From assembly GCA_016794465.1 (NCBI GenBank), contig JAEUKA010000028.1, positions 1-64,000 of the forward strand: a stretch of 64,000 nt of DNA, in the 5' to 3' direction. Made by a program: the position numbers and the translations under genes. This DNA is from Myxococcales bacterium (GTDB lineage: Bacteria > Myxococcota_A > Polyangia > Palsa-1104 > JAEUJZ01). This document shows, piece by piece, positions 45,370 through 54,970 of this stretch (positions are counted from its first letter, which is position 1; every line of letters begins with the position of its first letter). The notes beneath the pieces were generated by a model. It made no database searches. It worked only from the letters and a program-made list of their open reading frames with translations, and was not told where the DNA came from.

Positions 45370-46161
45370 ATGTTTTCCAGACACGACCCTGAGCCTGCTG
45401 GTACATTCTGCCGCCTGATGAAGGCCAAGGGAGACGCCCACGCCGCAGGCTCGGACCGACGCGCGCTGCTCGAAGAACCGACCCTGTACGAAGCGCAGCA
45501 TGCCGCCCAAGCGTTTGGGATTGAGCTGCTCGCCCCCGAGCCACTATCGACGCCGGCTGAGCTTCACGCAACTCCAGCCGCGCTTCACGCCTCTCCGTGG
45601 GAAGAGGCCACGGTGGTTCCTCCGGTGAGTGGCCAGCCGACCCAAGCGCTGCCGCAGGTCGCGTTTGCAGCCACCCAGCACGCGGTGCCGTTGTCTGCCG
45701 CGTTGTCAGGCCCTTCAGCGGCGACGACAGAACGAACGATCCCCAACCTTGACCCTGGCGCAGCCTTGGCGATGGCGAGTCTGACGGCGGGCACCAGCGT
45801 TACCGAGATGCGTCCCATGCCACGTCCGCCGGCCAGCGCAGCGCCCTCGGTCGGTCGACGGCAGCGCCTGTACTATCCGTTTCTGGTCGGGACGATCGGT
45901 GGACTGTGTGGTCTGCTCGTCGCAATGGGTGGGCTGCGCGTCTTTAACCAGCGGCGAGCCCGTGAGCAAGTCACCCGCGCCCAGACGCAGGCACTCCAGC
46001 AGCAGCTGATGGAACAGGTACTTCGAGCCCTTCTGTCGGGGCGGCCACAGGAAGCACGCACCCTGCTGCACACCTACCAGCAGCGCTGGCCGACGCCGGC
46101 CGTCCGTCAGCTGCTCGATGCGCTGGAACAGCCGGGGCCGCACCAAAAAGACCGTCGCTAA
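45370..46161 (+). CDS. Hypothetical single-TM protein
   Basis: 263 aa. One TM (LVGTIGGLCGLLVAMGGL) and a C-terminal helical region. Divergent from 44188..45270. Confidence 0.45.
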   Translation: MFSRHDPEPAGTFCRLMKAKGDAHAAGSDRRALLEEPTLYEAQHAAQAFGIELLAPEPLSTPAELHATPAALHASPWEEATVVPPVSGQPTQALPQVAFAATQHAVPLSAALSGPSAATTERTIPNLDPGAALAMASLTAGTSVTEMRPMPRPPASAAPSVGRRQRLYYPFLVGTIGGLCGLLVAMGGLRVFNQRRAREQVTRAQTQALQQQLMEQVLRALLSGRPQEARTLLHTYQQRWPTPAVRQLLDALEQPGPHQKDRR

Positions 46162-46254
46162 CCACTACTTTCTGCGGTCCTGCCGCTGCGCCGCCGCCGC
46201 TGAGATTCGCGATACAGTAGACACAGCCAGGCCGAAGTCCCGCTGGCAGGAGTC

Positions 46255-47160
46255 TTGCTTATGAAGCCGCTCGCTCTCCGACTGCTCACCCGCCTCGCGA
46301 TCGCTCTTGTGGTGCTGTACTTTCTGCTCGGCCTGCTCGTCGTCGCCGTCCTGAGCAAGCCCAAGCGCCGCCTGGATCTCAGCAAACATCCCGGCACGCA
46401 CGGACTGCGCTACCAAGACGTACGCTTTCCCGCCCGAGGTGGAGACGCCGAGCTGGCCGCTTGGTACATCCCACACGACAGCCGTCGCCTGGCGCTGGTG
46501 ATGGTCCACGGCAAAGATGGCAGCCGTACCAACGAGCAGAACGGCCGCAACGACGAGCTGCTCGCCGCGCTGCACCAGCTCGGCTTTACGCTGCTGGCGA
46601 TCGACCTGCGCGGCCATGGTCAGTCGTCGAGTGCGCGCTTCAGCTTCGGCGTCCACGAGAGTCGCGATGTCCTCGGAGCAGTCGATTATTTGGGCAGCCA
46701 AGGCTTCGCCAAAGCCCAGATTGGCCTCCATGGCGTGTCGATGGGCGCAGCATCGGTGCTGATCGCGGCGGCGCAAGACCCCACGGTGCCGGCGCTGATC
46801 GCGGACTGCGGCTATGCCGACTTTGGTCGAGTGCTCCGTCGCGAGTGGACCCACCGAACCCACCTGCCGATGTGGGTGATGCCGGCCTCGCAGATCATCG
46901 GGCGGCTGTGGCTCGGGACCGACATGACGACGGTGCGACCGATCGAGCACATTCCGCAGATCAAGAGCCGGGTCCTGTTCATCCATGCGGAAAAAGACCG
47001 TCTCATCCCACCGACGGACTCGCAGGAAATGGCGGCCCTATTGCCGGGCTCACAGCTGTGGATTCAGCCCGGTGCCCAGCACGCCAGCGGCTTCGACGCG
47101 GACCCCGAAGGCTACACCCGCCACGTCGCCGACTTCTTCACCCAGACCTTGCACAATTAG
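46255..47160 (+). CDS. Alpha/beta-hydrolase fold protein
   Basis: N-terminal TM, nucleophile elbow GVSMG, and downstream Asp/His region (HAEKDRLIP...AQHA). Confidence 0.8.
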   Translation: MLMKPLALRLLTRLAIALVVLYFLLGLLVVAVLSKPKRRLDLSKHPGTHGLRYQDVRFPARGGDAELAAWYIPHDSRRLALVMVHGKDGSRTNEQNGRNDELLAALHQLGFTLLAIDLRGHGQSSSARFSFGVHESRDVLGAVDYLGSQGFAKAQIGLHGVSMGAASVLIAAAQDPTVPALIADCGYADFGRVLRREWTHRTHLPMWVMPASQIIGRLWLGTDMTTVRPIEHIPQIKSRVLFIHAEKDRLIPPTDSQEMAALLPGSQLWIQPGAQHASGFDADPEGYTRHVADFFTQTLHN

Positions 47161-47228
47161 CGTCCCAACCGCTCCTGGTTTTGCATAACATCCGGCGCGC
47201 GCACCCACAGCAAGTCGGAAGGTCCAGC

Positions 47229-49157
47229 ATGCTATCGATCTCTGCTTCACATGTCGCAGCGGTTCACTTGTCGACCTCGTCGCGGACTCTCGGGGACATG
47301 TTTCGACGGCGGGCCGAGCTGTCACCGCACCGGGAGGCTTTCTTCGAGAAGCAGGGCAACACCTGGCAGCCGACGACCTGGGCTACAGCATTCACCCGAG
47401 CGTCACGCATCGCCGCTGGGCTGCGCAAGCTCTCGCTGGTCCAAGGTGATCGCATCGCCATCCTGGGTCCGACGCAGCTGCGCTGGGCGCTGTATGACCT
47501 GGCGGCGCAGCTTACCGGCCTGGTCGGCTTCGGGATCTATCAGCAGCAGACCGTCGAGCAGGTTCGCTATCTGCTCGCGCACAGTGAAGCCAAGGTCATC
47601 CTCGTCGGAGATGAGCAAGAGCTGCAGACCGTCCTCGCCGCCGCACGGGAGCTGCCCCACGTCACCGCGATCATTCCCTGGGACGAAGCACTGTTTGCGC
47701 GCCTCCAAGCGACTGAGCCGCTCCTTCAGTCACCGGCCATTCTCGACGGAGAGCCGCTCTCTTCACAGGAGCTGACAAAGTCTCTCGCCGCCATTTCCCC
47801 CGACGACACAGCGATCTTGATTTACACCTCGGGGACGACCGGACCACCCAAGGGTGCGATGGTGTCGCACCGCAACGTCCTGTCGATGTTTAACGCCTGC
47901 CATCACTTCTCGGAGTTCTTCGAGGACGATGTGACGATGAGCTTCCTGCCGATGGCACACTCTGCCGAGCGGGTGCTGTCGTTCTACGGTCGCGTGTCGA
48001 GCGGCGTCGCCAGCGCCTACGCCTCCAGCATGAGCAAGCTGCTCGACGAGCTGCGTGAGGTCGGACCGACGGTGTTTGGCTCGGTGCCGCGCATCTTCGA
48101 GAAGGCCTACGGCAAGATCCTCGGTGAGGTCGAACGAAAGCCAGCGCCGCTTCGTCGCATCTTTGCCTGGGCCCGACGGGTCAGCGGTGAGCGGCTGCAG
48201 CTGCGGCTCGCCGGTCAGACGGTGCCATGGACGCTGGAGCTACAGCATCAGCTGGCCGATCGCTTGCTGTGGCGCAAAATCCGCAGCTTCTTCGGCGGTC
48301 GAGTTCGTTATTTTATCGTCGGTGCCGCCCCAACTCCCAAGGACGTTCAAGCGTTCTTTTGGGCCGCCGGAATGCCGCTGCTTGAGGTCTACGGCATGAC
48401 CGAGGCCACCACCGTCACCCACGCCAACTCGCTTCAGTCCGTCAAGATTGGCACCGTCGGCAAGCTCCTGCCGGGTTTAGAGCAGCGCATCGCCGATGAT
48501 GGCGAGATCTTGGTCCGAGGCCCGTGGGTGTTCAAAGGCTACTACCGCAACCCCGAGGCCACCGCAGCGACGGTCATCGACGGCTGGCTGCACACGGGCG
48601 ATGTCGGCTCCCTCGACGAGGAGGGCTACCTGCGCATCACCGATCGCAAAAAACACCTCATCATCACCGCCGGCGGCAAAAACCTCTCGCCCGGCAACAT
48701 CGAGGCGGCCTTAAAGAGCGCCGATCCGCTCATCAGCCATGTCATCGCCCACGGTGACCGTCGCCAGTTCGTCAGCGCCCTCATCGCCCCGAGCCCGCTC
48801 GAGACGCTCGACTGGGGCCTGGCGCGCGGCCTGGTCAGCGCCGACGAAGTTGCGGCCCGTCAGCGCGAGCTCTTCGAGAATCCGACCGCCCGCAGCGAAG
48901 CCCTCGCCCGCGCCATGGCGCCGATTGTCCGCAGTCGCGAGTTCGAGTCGCGCATGCAGGCGGCGGTACGGCAAGGCAACCAACACCTCGCTCACGTCGA
49001 GCAGGTGCGGCGCTTCCTCGTGCTACCTCGCGATCTGTGTCAAGAGCAGGGCGAGCTTACGCCGACCATGAAGGTCCGTCGCCGCGAAGTCGAGCAGAAG
49101 TACCTGCCCGAGCTGGATCGACTGTACCAAGACGAGCACTTCGGCCTATCGGTGTAA
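47229..49157 (+). CDS. Long-chain-fatty-acid--CoA ligase (AMP-forming; FadD-like)
   Basis: AMP-binding signature IYTSGTTGPPKG, YGMTE, GWLHTGDVG..GYLRITDRKK. Start at ATG 47229; the track ORF beginning at 46461 is an upstream in-frame extension overlapping the hydrolase gene. Confidence 0.9.
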   Translation: MLSISASHVAAVHLSTSSRTLGDMFRRRAELSPHREAFFEKQGNTWQPTTWATAFTRASRIAAGLRKLSLVQGDRIAILGPTQLRWALYDLAAQLTGLVGFGIYQQQTVEQVRYLLAHSEAKVILVGDEQELQTVLAAARELPHVTAIIPWDEALFARLQATEPLLQSPAILDGEPLSSQELTKSLAAISPDDTAILIYTSGTTGPPKGAMVSHRNVLSMFNACHHFSEFFEDDVTMSFLPMAHSAERVLSFYGRVSSGVASAYASSMSKLLDELREVGPTVFGSVPRIFEKAYGKILGEVERKPAPLRRIFAWARRVSGERLQLRLAGQTVPWTLELQHQLADRLLWRKIRSFFGGRVRYFIVGAAPTPKDVQAFFWAAGMPLLEVYGMTEATTVTHANSLQSVKIGTVGKLLPGLEQRIADDGEILVRGPWVFKGYYRNPEATAATVIDGWLHTGDVGSLDEEGYLRITDRKKHLIITAGGKNLSPGNIEAALKSADPLISHVIAHGDRRQFVSALIAPSPLETLDWGLARGLVSADEVAARQRELFENPTARSEALARAMAPIVRSREFESRMQAAVRQGNQHLAHVEQVRRFLVLPRDLCQEQGELTPTMKVRRREVEQKYLPELDRLYQDEHFGLSV

Positions 49158-49175
49158 CACCCAAAAAGGATAGAA

Positions 49176-49409
49176 ATGCTGGATATCCGCTTACCACTCG
49201 GTTTGTTGCTCAGCGCACTTGGCACTTTGCTCACTGGTTATGGCGCAATCACCAGCGGTGACAACATGTATATTCGCTATTCTCTCGGTATTAATATAAA
49301 CCTCTGGTGGGGAATTGTGTTGCTATGTACCGGGCTGATCTTGCTCGGCATGCTTGTCCGCGCTCGCGCCGCCAACAAGCTCAGCTCGACCGAGCCCAGC
49401 GCTCAGTGA
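49176..49409 (+). CDS. Small two-TM membrane protein
   Basis: 77 aa. AAAAAGGA RBS 6 nt upstream, 18 bp after the fadD-like stop. Two hydrophobic helices. Confidence 0.45.
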   Translation: MLDIRLPLGLLLSALGTLLTGYGAITSGDNMYIRYSLGININLWWGIVLLCTGLILLGMLVRARAANKLSSTEPSAQ

Positions 49410-49822
49410 TCGGCGCTCACCAGCTCGACCAGCACACCGCCGAGCGCCTTGGGATGCAGAAACGCCACCTGATGGCCACGCGCGCCCGGCCTCGGCACCT
49501 TGTCGATCAGCGGCACACCTCGCTCGGCCAGCTCGCTGAGGGCCGCCGCGATGTCCTCGACCGCAAACGCGATGTGGTGCAGCCCGCCCCGCTTGTCCAA
49601 AAACTTCTCTAGGCCGGCATTTTCGCCACGCGGCAGCGGTGCAATCAGCTCGATGCAGGCATCCGCTTGGGCCGGTGTGAGCAAAAAGGCAGCCTCGGTC
49701 AGCTGGGTCGGCACGTACTCACGCGCCCCGAGAAACAGCGGCAACACCGCCTGCCAAGCAGCCAGCGCACCATCCAGCTCTGGAACACACAGCGCCACGT
49801 GATCAATGCGAACGATCTTCAT
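49403..49822 (-). CDS. VOC/glyoxalase-family protein (methylmalonyl-CoA-epimerase-like)
   Basis: MKIVRIDHVALCV...GGLHHIAFAV pattern of the vicinal-oxygen-chelate fold; 139 aa. Confidence 0.75.
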   Translation of the reverse strand: MKIVRIDHVALCVPELDGALAAWQAVLPLFLGAREYVPTQLTEAAFLLTPAQADACIELIAPLPRGENAGLEKFLDKRGGLHHIAFAVEDIAAALSELAERGVPLIDKVPRPGARGHQVAFLHPKALGGVLVELVSADH

Positions 49823-49959
49823 GGCCGTACACTACCGCGCTCGCAGAGGCTGTAAAGCGCCACACGCAGCCAAGTCACCCCCTTTTTGAGGGGGATGAAG
49901 CCGCGTAGGTCGTTGTCGGGGAAAGTAGGGAGAGAGGCGAAGCGGAAGGAAGGCGCCGA

Positions 49960-52900
49960 CTAGAAGCTGAGGCGCCAGCCGAAGCGCATGAACAGCGGCA
50001 GCTGATAGCCGGTCGGCTGACCATAGTTCGAGTTGAACGTCGGCAGCGTACCGTTGTTGGCCTTGAGGTGCTTCAGATCGCTGATCTGACCGTTGACGAT
50101 CGGCGACACCGTTGTGGCGGTGAACTCGTCGTCGACGTTGGTGACCTCGCGCTGGTTGAACAGGTTGACCACGTCGACAAACAGGCTCATGCCCACCGTC
50201 TGGGTCAACTTGTGATCGTAGCCAACGTGCAAGTCGAACTGCGTCACCGTCGGGGTACGACCGCCCGAGCCACGCGGCAGGAGGTAGACCTCGCGGCGTC
50301 CGTAGTACGGGTGACGGCCGAGCACTTCGATCGGACGACCGCTGGTGGCGGTGAAGGTCAGACCGATGGTCAGCTTGCCCTTGTCGCCAAACAGCGGCTG
50401 GTCGTAAAACGCCGTCGCCTTGAAGTTGTGCGGGCGATCGGTGGGCAGCGGACCGTTGCGGTTTGCCAACAGGTCAATCAGGTCGAACTGCGACGAGATG
50501 TTCGGGTCACTCTGACCGTTCGAGGCCGAGAACGTGCCCGGGTAGTTGCCGAGCGTGCGCGAGTAGGTGTAGCTCGAGATGATCGAGAAGCGGTTCGACA
50601 GCCGCTTGTTCAGCGTCAGCACCAGGGCGTCGTAGTTGCGGCGCGCCTTCGGGAACACCGATCCAACCAGCTTGTACGCGCCGAGCAGCGCGACTGCATC
50701 TTGGTACGCCAGCTGATCCGCCACCTTGGCATTCGCCGCCGTGCCTGCTGACTTCAGACGATCGACATCATCCTGCAGCTGCTTGACGACGTTCGGGTCC
50801 GAGCCCACACCAGGGTTGGCGAGCAGATAGGTCGAGCCACCATCGGGCGACATATCCTCGACGATGTTGCCAAGGTCACGGTGGATGTAGCTGACGCCCA
50901 CGACGATATCGAGGCCGACATCATAGTTGATGCCGAGCGTGATCTCGTTGATGAACTGGCCCTTGATAACCGGGGAGATGAGCGGTGCACGGCCACCGTT
51001 GACCACGCCACCATCCGCCTCGAGGAACTTGCAGTTTGCCGACGGAACCGGCACCGCTCGTCCGCCCGGCTGGAGCGTCACCCGATCGCAGTCGGTACCC
51101 GGCACAAAGCCTGACGAGTACATACCCTCGGCAGTGAGCTGGCGATCGTTGATGTTGAGCGGAATCGACTGGTAGAACCGCCCGTAGTTGAAGAACACCT
51201 TCGAGCGACCGGGCCGCGACGTGAGCTGCGTAAAGTCGTAGACCAAGCCGATACGCGGTGCCCAGTTGTCCTTGATATCAATATAGCGGCGTCCATCAGA
51301 GCCATAGAGCTCTTGGCCTTCCCAGCGCACACCGGCATTGAGCACCAGACCCGGCGCCCAGCCAATGCTCCACGAGTCGCGGAGATATGCTGAAAAGTTC
51401 TGTGTATAGCTCCGACCCTCAAAGTTGTTGAGGTGCTCGATTTCCTTCGTCTCCAGGTTCTGGCGAGCATACTCGCGGGTGATCTGGATCGAACCATCGG
51501 GCTGCTGGCTATAGGCCCGGTGACCGCTCGCCGGATCATTCGGATCGAGGTCGGTGCCGGTGTAGGTACGGTTGTTGTAGCTGTCGAGGTACTCAAACTC
51601 GAAGCCGACCTTGATGGCGTGAATGCCGCGCAGCGGATTCCAGGCCGAGGTCATGTGGAGAAAGTACGTCGCTGAAGCAATCAGCTGGTGCCGCTGCAGC
51701 AGGCTGTCCGAGTACTGACCGAAGCCACGGGTATAGCCGGTCAGCGGGCACGGATTGAACAGCACCGAGCGACCCATCGTGTCCATCTTCATCTGACGAC
51801 GACACGCACCGACATCCTCGAAGTCCGCGAGCGTAAATGGATCGGTCTGCGCCGCTGACCACGCGATGCTGGGAAGGTTCGGCTGCTCGGGAGTCGCCCG
51901 TGAGCTCTGGTAGTGATAGCCGTACAGCACATCTAGCTGCAGCTTGCGGTCGAACAGCTTGCCGATGTAGTGGAAGATGCCGTCGTGGACTTGATCTTCC
52001 TGCTTGAACCGCTGCGTGCCGAGATCGACCGCCCGGATGCCTCCGTAGTCGTCACTGATCTTCGGTGAAGCGATGTAGGTCAGCTGGATGTTGTGATCGG
52101 GATTGAGGTTGAACTGGAGCTTGGCGATGCCGTTGAAGAGACGCTCCACCGCGCCAGCATCTTGGGCATAGTTGATCTCCTCGGTACGCAGGGCCAGCGT
52201 CCTCGGACCGTCACACAGCGACGAGTTCGCCAGATAGGCTGGGCACTGGAAGTCGTTGTCAAGTGCCGCGCGTCCATTCGCCGCATCAAACGACAGTGAG
52301 CGCGCCTGGCGCTGATAGAGCCGCTCGGTGAAGGTTGGCGCAAAGCCGACATAGAACCAGATTCGGTCCTTGACGATCGGACCACCTAGCTCGAAGCCAA
52401 AGTCGTAGAGCAGGTTGGTACGGCTGCGCGTGATGAGCGCTTCGCCGAGGCGAGCAACCCCGCGCGGCTCCAGCTGGAAGGGCTGAAACGAGCCGAACAC
52501 CGAGCCCTTGAACTCGTTGCCGCCGGTCTTGGTGGCAATGTTGACGACACCGCCCGTGGCGCGACCGTACTCGGCCTGATATCCACCGGTGATGACGTTG
52601 ACTTCCTGAATGAAGTACTGCGAAAGCTCAGTACCAATCAGGCCCTTGTTCGGGTCGGAGGTGTTGAGTCCGTCGATGATGTAGTTGTTCTCACTGCCCG
52701 TCGAGCCCGAGATCTGAACACCAACGTCACCGCCTGCCGCACCGGTCTTGCCAGCCACGTCCGAAGTACCGGGCGCGAGGGTCAGGATCGACTCGAAGGT
52801 ACGGCCACGGACCGGAGTCGCGCGAAGGACTTCCTGGTTCACTTCGACGCCGGTCGAGGTGCTCGCGGTATCGACGACAGGCGCCGACTCGCGGATGACC

Positions 52901-53313
52901 TTGACCTCACGTTTGGTCGCGCTGAGGTTGATCTCGCCGTTAACGGTAACGGTCTTGCCGAGGCTCAGACGGATGCCAGGGCGCTCCACCCGGGGCTTGT
53001 CGTCAGCGCCGAAGAAGAAGCTGACTTTGTAGTCATCGCCCGAGGGAAGCTGGGTGATGATGTAGCGACCGTTGTTGTCCGTGATTTCAGCCTGCTCGCC
53101 TTGCAGCGCTGGGCTCTGCACGACGACGGTGACACCCGCCAGTGGCTTGCCATTCTCATCTTTGACCGTGCCCTGAATCTGGGCCAGCGTCTGCTGGGCA
53201 AGTGCGGCTTGCGGAGCCAGGTACGCTCCCGGCAGCACCAGCAGCCAGGGAAGCAGCTTGGCGCGCAACACTACGGCAGCCCGCCCCTGGTGTTTCGATT
53301 TCGTTCGTCGCAT
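49960..53313 (-). CDS. TonB-dependent receptor with N-terminal carboxypeptidase-regulatory-like domain
   Basis: 1117 aa. Signal peptide, CarboxypepD_reg-like beta-sandwich (GTVKDENGKPLAGVTVVVQSP...NGRYIITQLPSGDYKV), plug and 22-strand barrel region, C-terminal FGWRLSF. Confidence 0.9.
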   Translation of the reverse strand: MRRTKSKHQGRAAVVLRAKLLPWLLVLPGAYLAPQAALAQQTLAQIQGTVKDENGKPLAGVTVVVQSPALQGEQAEITDNNGRYIITQLPSGDDYKVSFFFGADDKPRVERPGIRLSLGKTVTVNGEINLSATKREVKVIRESAPVVDTASTSTGVEVNQEVLRATPVRGRTFESILTLAPGTSDVAGKTGAAGGDVGVQISGSTGSENNYIIDGLNTSDPNKGLIGTELSQYFIQEVNVITGGYQAEYGRATGGVVNIATKTGGNEFKGSVFGSFQPFQLEPRGVARLGEALITRSRTNLLYDFGFELGGPIVKDRIWFYVGFAPTFTERLYQRQARSLSFDAANGRAALDNDFQCPAYLANSSLCDGPRTLALRTEEINYAQDAGAVERLFNGIAKLQFNLNPDHNIQLTYIASPKISDDYGGIRAVDLGTQRFKQEDQVHDGIFHYIGKLFDRKLQLDVLYGYHYQSSRATPEQPNLPSIAWSAAQTDPFTLADFEDVGACRRQMKMDTMGRSVLFNPCPLTGYTRGFGQYSDSLLQRHQLIASATYFLHMTSAWNPLRGIHAIKVGFEFEYLDSYNNRTYTGTDLDPNDPASGHRAYSQQPDGSIQITREYARQNLETKEIEHLNNFEGRSYTQNFSAYLRDSWSIGWAPGLVLNAGVRWEGQELYGSDGRRYIDIKDNWAPRIGLVYDFTQLTSRPGRSKVFFNYGRFYQSIPLNINDRQLTAEGMYSSGFVPGTDCDRVTLQPGGRAVPVPSANCKFLEADGGVVNGGRAPLISPVIKGQFINEITLGINYDVGLDIVVGVSYIHRDLGNIVEDMSPDGGSTYLLANPGVGSDPNVVKQLQDDVDRLKSAGTAANAKVADQLAYQDAVALLGAYKLVGSVFPKARRNYDALVLTLNKRLSNRFSIISSYTYSRTLGNYPGTFSASNGQSDPNISSQFDLIDLLANRNGPLPTDRPHNFKATAFYDQPLFGDKGKLTIGLTFTATSGRPIEVLGRHPYYGRREVYLLPRGSGGRTPTVTQFDLHVGYDHKLTQTVGMSLFVDVVNLFNQREVTNVDDEFTATTVSPIVNGQISDLKHLKANNGTLPTFNSNYGQPTGYQLPLFMRFGWRLSF

Positions 53314-53337
53314 CGTTCAAACTCCTGGCGAGTCGTA

Positions 53338-54648
53338 CTAGCAGTTGTTGGGGTCCGAAACCAAGCTCGACGGGATGCCATGGTAGTCACCAGGCGTTGC
53401 GCCCTTGAGCAGCTTCGCGCGGATGACAATGTCCTTGCCCATCGTGTGAATGCCCTTGCCGGCCGGATGTCCCTTGAGCTGGCTGAGGTCATAAATGGCT
53501 GCACCTTTGAGGGTCACCGTGAGGACGACTTCATCAGTCATCGGGTTCGTCCGCGTCGTCCAGTCCCCACCGCTCGCCGGGGCGACATAGATCGAGCGCA
53601 GATTGCCGCAGTCACCGTCGACATTCGGGCTCACGATCACCGGTACCGCTGTGCCAGCGCCCCCGTTGACCGAAACCATTGCCGTCGCCGAGGTGCCATT
53701 CAGGCGACTCGGATCGACTGCCGCATTGAGTGCAACCTCAAGCGCACCATCAATGGCAATCAGATCATCCGACACCACGTACGGGTCGGCGGTGCTCCCG
53801 GTGCCAACCTCGCCAGGACGAACCTCGGCAGAGTGCTCACCATCGCCATTGCCGACGGTGTTGACCTGGAACGGCTCAGTGCGGAAGGTCAGCAGCGACA
53901 TCGCCCGGTCGTCGAGCTGAATCTTCTGCTGATCCCGACCCGCCAGGCCCTTCGACATCATGACCGTGTAGCTCGCATCCGGCTCTAGCGCGGCCAGCGG
54001 GTCCACTGTCTTCGTCGTCAGACCAATCTTGGCGCACTTGAAAGCGTTGGCGGCGCTCGTGCAGCTGGTCAGAACCTCCATCTGCAGGCCAGGTCCGTAC
54101 GGGAACTGCGATGGATCGGGGCTCAGATCCGAGCCGGTCAGCTGGAGGCTGTTGTAGGTCAGAGGAATTCCGACCTCACCAGTGGTTTCCGTCGAGCAGT
54201 TGCTGCAGGCCAGGCCGATGACCTTCTGATCGACCAGCTTGAGGTCCGTCGGAACTCCCGAATCGGGAACCAGCTCCAGCTCTGTCGAAGTCGCTCCTCG
54301 GCTTGGCGCATCCAAATCGAGCAGCGGCGCCTTGTTGAAGACCACGCGCAGACGGCGCAGCGAGTCTGGATTCGGCGGACTCTTCTTAACGCCGTACGTG
54401 TCCATGAAGGGGTCGTTGGTACACTGCTTGAGGTCTTTGAACTGAGGCAGCGTACAGTCCGACGGGACGCTTGTGTCGGTGAAGACCAAGTGACCGGTGT
54501 TGAGGCCGAAGTCAATCAAGGTGAGACGCAGCACCTTGAGAGGACCTTCCGGCTCGCCGTCTTGGCCAGTCAGGTGGTCATTACACGCCCCCAGCAGCAG
54601 CAGGCTCGCGGTGGCACCCAGGAATAGCGACTTCTTATGCTTCTTCAT
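53338..54648 (-). CDS. Hypothetical lipoprotein co-transcribed with the TonB-dependent receptor
   Basis: Lipoprotein signal MKKHKKSLFLGATASLLLLGAC; 436 aa; 24 bp upstream of the receptor gene. Confidence 0.6.
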   Translation of the reverse strand: MKKHKKSLFLGATASLLLLGACNDHLTGQDGEPEGPLKVLRLTLIDFGLNTGHLVFTDTSVPSDCTLPQFKDLKQCTNDPFMDTYGVKKSPPNPDSLRRLRVVFNKAPLLDLDAPSRGATSTELELVPDSGVPTDLKLVDQKVIGLACSNCSTETTGEVGIPLTYNSLQLTGSDLSPDPSQFPYGPGLQMEVLTSCTSAANAFKCAKIGLTTKTVDPLAALEPDASYTVMMSKGLAGRDQQKIQLDDRAMSLLTFRTEPFQVNTVGNGDGEHSAEVRPGEVGTGSTADPYVVSDDLIAIDGALEVALNAAVDPSRLNGTSATAMVSVNGGAGTAVPVIVSPNVDGDCGNLRSIYVAPASGGDWTTRTNPMTDEVVLTVTLKGAAIYDLSQLKGHPAGKGIHTMGKDIVIRAKLLKGATPGDYHGIPSSLVSDPNNC

Positions 54649-54970
54649 CGGCTCGAAGCTCCTTCAATCGGCCACACCGGGATTGCAGGCCCCGGCGCCA
54701 AACCAGACAGTTGCAAACATGGACTTCCTTCGCGCGCACTGCACCGTCGCACCACCGCAGAAATCGCGGCACGACGCTGGGTTGAATTGTGAACGCATGT
54801 ACGGAAGCGACATTTCGCACAACAGTGTACTAATGAGGCATTCCACTAGGACCGGGGAATAAAGTCAACGTGAAACCCTTCGGTTGGGCCATTCACTGCT
54901 CAATCGCTCGGTCCCGCGCCGAAAGCTGCCCCGATCCGTGATCCGCGCCGTGGGCTGCTTTCGACGGCAT

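Noticed and set aside
46461-49157. 898-aa + strand ORF spanning the hydrolase and acyl-CoA synthetase genes
   Set aside because: The first ~256 aa are an R/P/A-rich out-of-frame overlap of the alpha/beta-hydrolase gene (46255..47160). The AMP-binding enzyme begins at ATG 47229 (MLSISASH...).
49866-49895. ccccc-tttttga-ggggg hairpin between the TonB receptor stop and the VOC gene start
   Set aside because: Only a 5-bp stem with the T-run in the loop rather than 3' of the stem on either strand. Not a convincing intrinsic terminator. It may still be a weak structure, so it is left unannotated.
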